From: Comamonadaceae bacterium
GTDB lineage: Bacteria > Pseudomonadota > Gammaproteobacteria > Burkholderiales > Burkholderiaceae_C
DNA length: 64,000 bases
Assembly (NCBI GenBank): GCA_947479935.1
Contig: CANKBG010000003.1
Span: 18,848 to 82,847, forward strand
Direction of reading: 5' to 3'
Part shown: positions 63,250 to 64,000 of the stretch, in pieces
Numbering within the stretch: the first letter of the stretch is position 1
How the letters are laid out: each line of letters opens with the position of its first letter
Notes under the pieces: model-generated
What the model was told of the DNA's origin: nothing
What the model saw: the letters and a program-made list of their open reading frames with translations, nothing else
Databases searched by the model: none
Position numbers and translations under genes: made by a program

Positions 63250-64000
63250 TGAAACCCGTACTGGCCTTGGTCGGCCGCCCGAATGTGGGCAAGTCCACTT
63301 TATTCAATCGACTGACAAAAAGTCGAGATGCCATCGTGGCGGATTATGCAGGCCTCACACGCGATCGACACTATGGTCAAGGTCGACAGGGTCGATATGA
63401 ATACATTGTCATTGACACGGGTGGCTTCGAACCCGATGCCACTGATGGCATCTACAAAGAAATGGCCAAGCAAACGCAGCAAGCAGTGGCCGAGGCCGAT
63501 GTGGTTGTGTTTGTGGTCGATGCGCGTGCCGGTGTCTCAGCCCAAGATCACGACATTGCCAAATACTTAAGACGCATTGGAAAACCTTGTTTGTTGGTGG
63601 CTAACAAAGCAGAGGGCATGCGTGAAGGCGTGCAAATCAGTGAATTTTACGAACTCGGTTTAGGCGAAGTCATTCCAGTGTCAGCGGCACATGGTCAAGG
63701 CGTTCGCAGTTTGGTTGAATTGGCTTTAGATCCGTTATTGCTGCCAGAAGACGACGCAGCGCTAGTAGAAGATCCAGCGGTTGTGAAACTGGCAGTGGCA
63801 GGCAGGCCCAATGTGGGCAAATCAACGCTGATCAACACTTGGCTGGGTGAAGAGAGATTGGTGGCTTTCGATCTTCCGGGCACCACAAGAGATGCCATCA
63901 AGGTTCCGTTTGAGCGGGGTGGTCAAAAATTTGAGTTGATTGATACGGCCGGCTTGCGTCGCAAAGGCAAAGTGTTTGAGGCCATTGAAAAATTCTCAGT
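63250..64000 (+). CDS. der: Ribosome biogenesis GTPase Der (EngA), 3'-truncated; missing from the ORF track
   Basis: TTG start; [27 protein letters not shown], second GRPNVGKS and DTAG. Confidence 0.96.

Overview
A 64 kb stretch of core chromosome from a Betaproteobacterium of the Comamonadaceae type. Gene order, protein sequences and roughly 50% GC resemble a freshwater Limnohabitans-like organism, but this assignment is an inference. In order, the window holds: 3' part of hrpA; a CoA-transferase; a Liv-type ABC importer with a benzoate-type binding protein; tRNA-Arg(UCU) and tRNA-Pro(UGG); an acyl-CoA catabolic cluster (acyl-CoA dehydrogenase, phosphotransferase, Crp-family regulator, crotonase, 3-hydroxyacyl-CoA dehydrogenase); lexA with a downstream hypothetical gene and tandem SOS boxes; asparaginase; kdsB/adk/lpxK; xseA; sodB; pyrD/rpiA; prlC; folD; a FixLJ-like two-component system divergent from aceEF-lpdA; prpE; sucAB-lpd; zapE and a DinG-family helicase; bamD/rluD; scpB/rluB; and ndk-rlmN-pilW-rodZ-ispG-hisS-yfgM-bamB-der. 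I saw no prophage, IS, integrase, CRISPR array or defence island. The most notable signals are non-coding or small: (1) a datA-like arrangement of co-oriented DnaA boxes around an IHF-like site between lpxK and xseA; (2) beside it, a decayed exbD C-terminal remnant not listed in the ORF track; (3) an uncharacterised 107-aa gene positioned to be co-transcribed with lexA; (4) a BoxR/BzdR-like operator in front of the orphan aromatic-acid importer; (5) an LvaA/LvaC (ACAD10/11)-like kinase-dehydrogenase pair; (6) structured leaders before sucA and scpB. All annotations come from motif recognition by eye; no searches were run.
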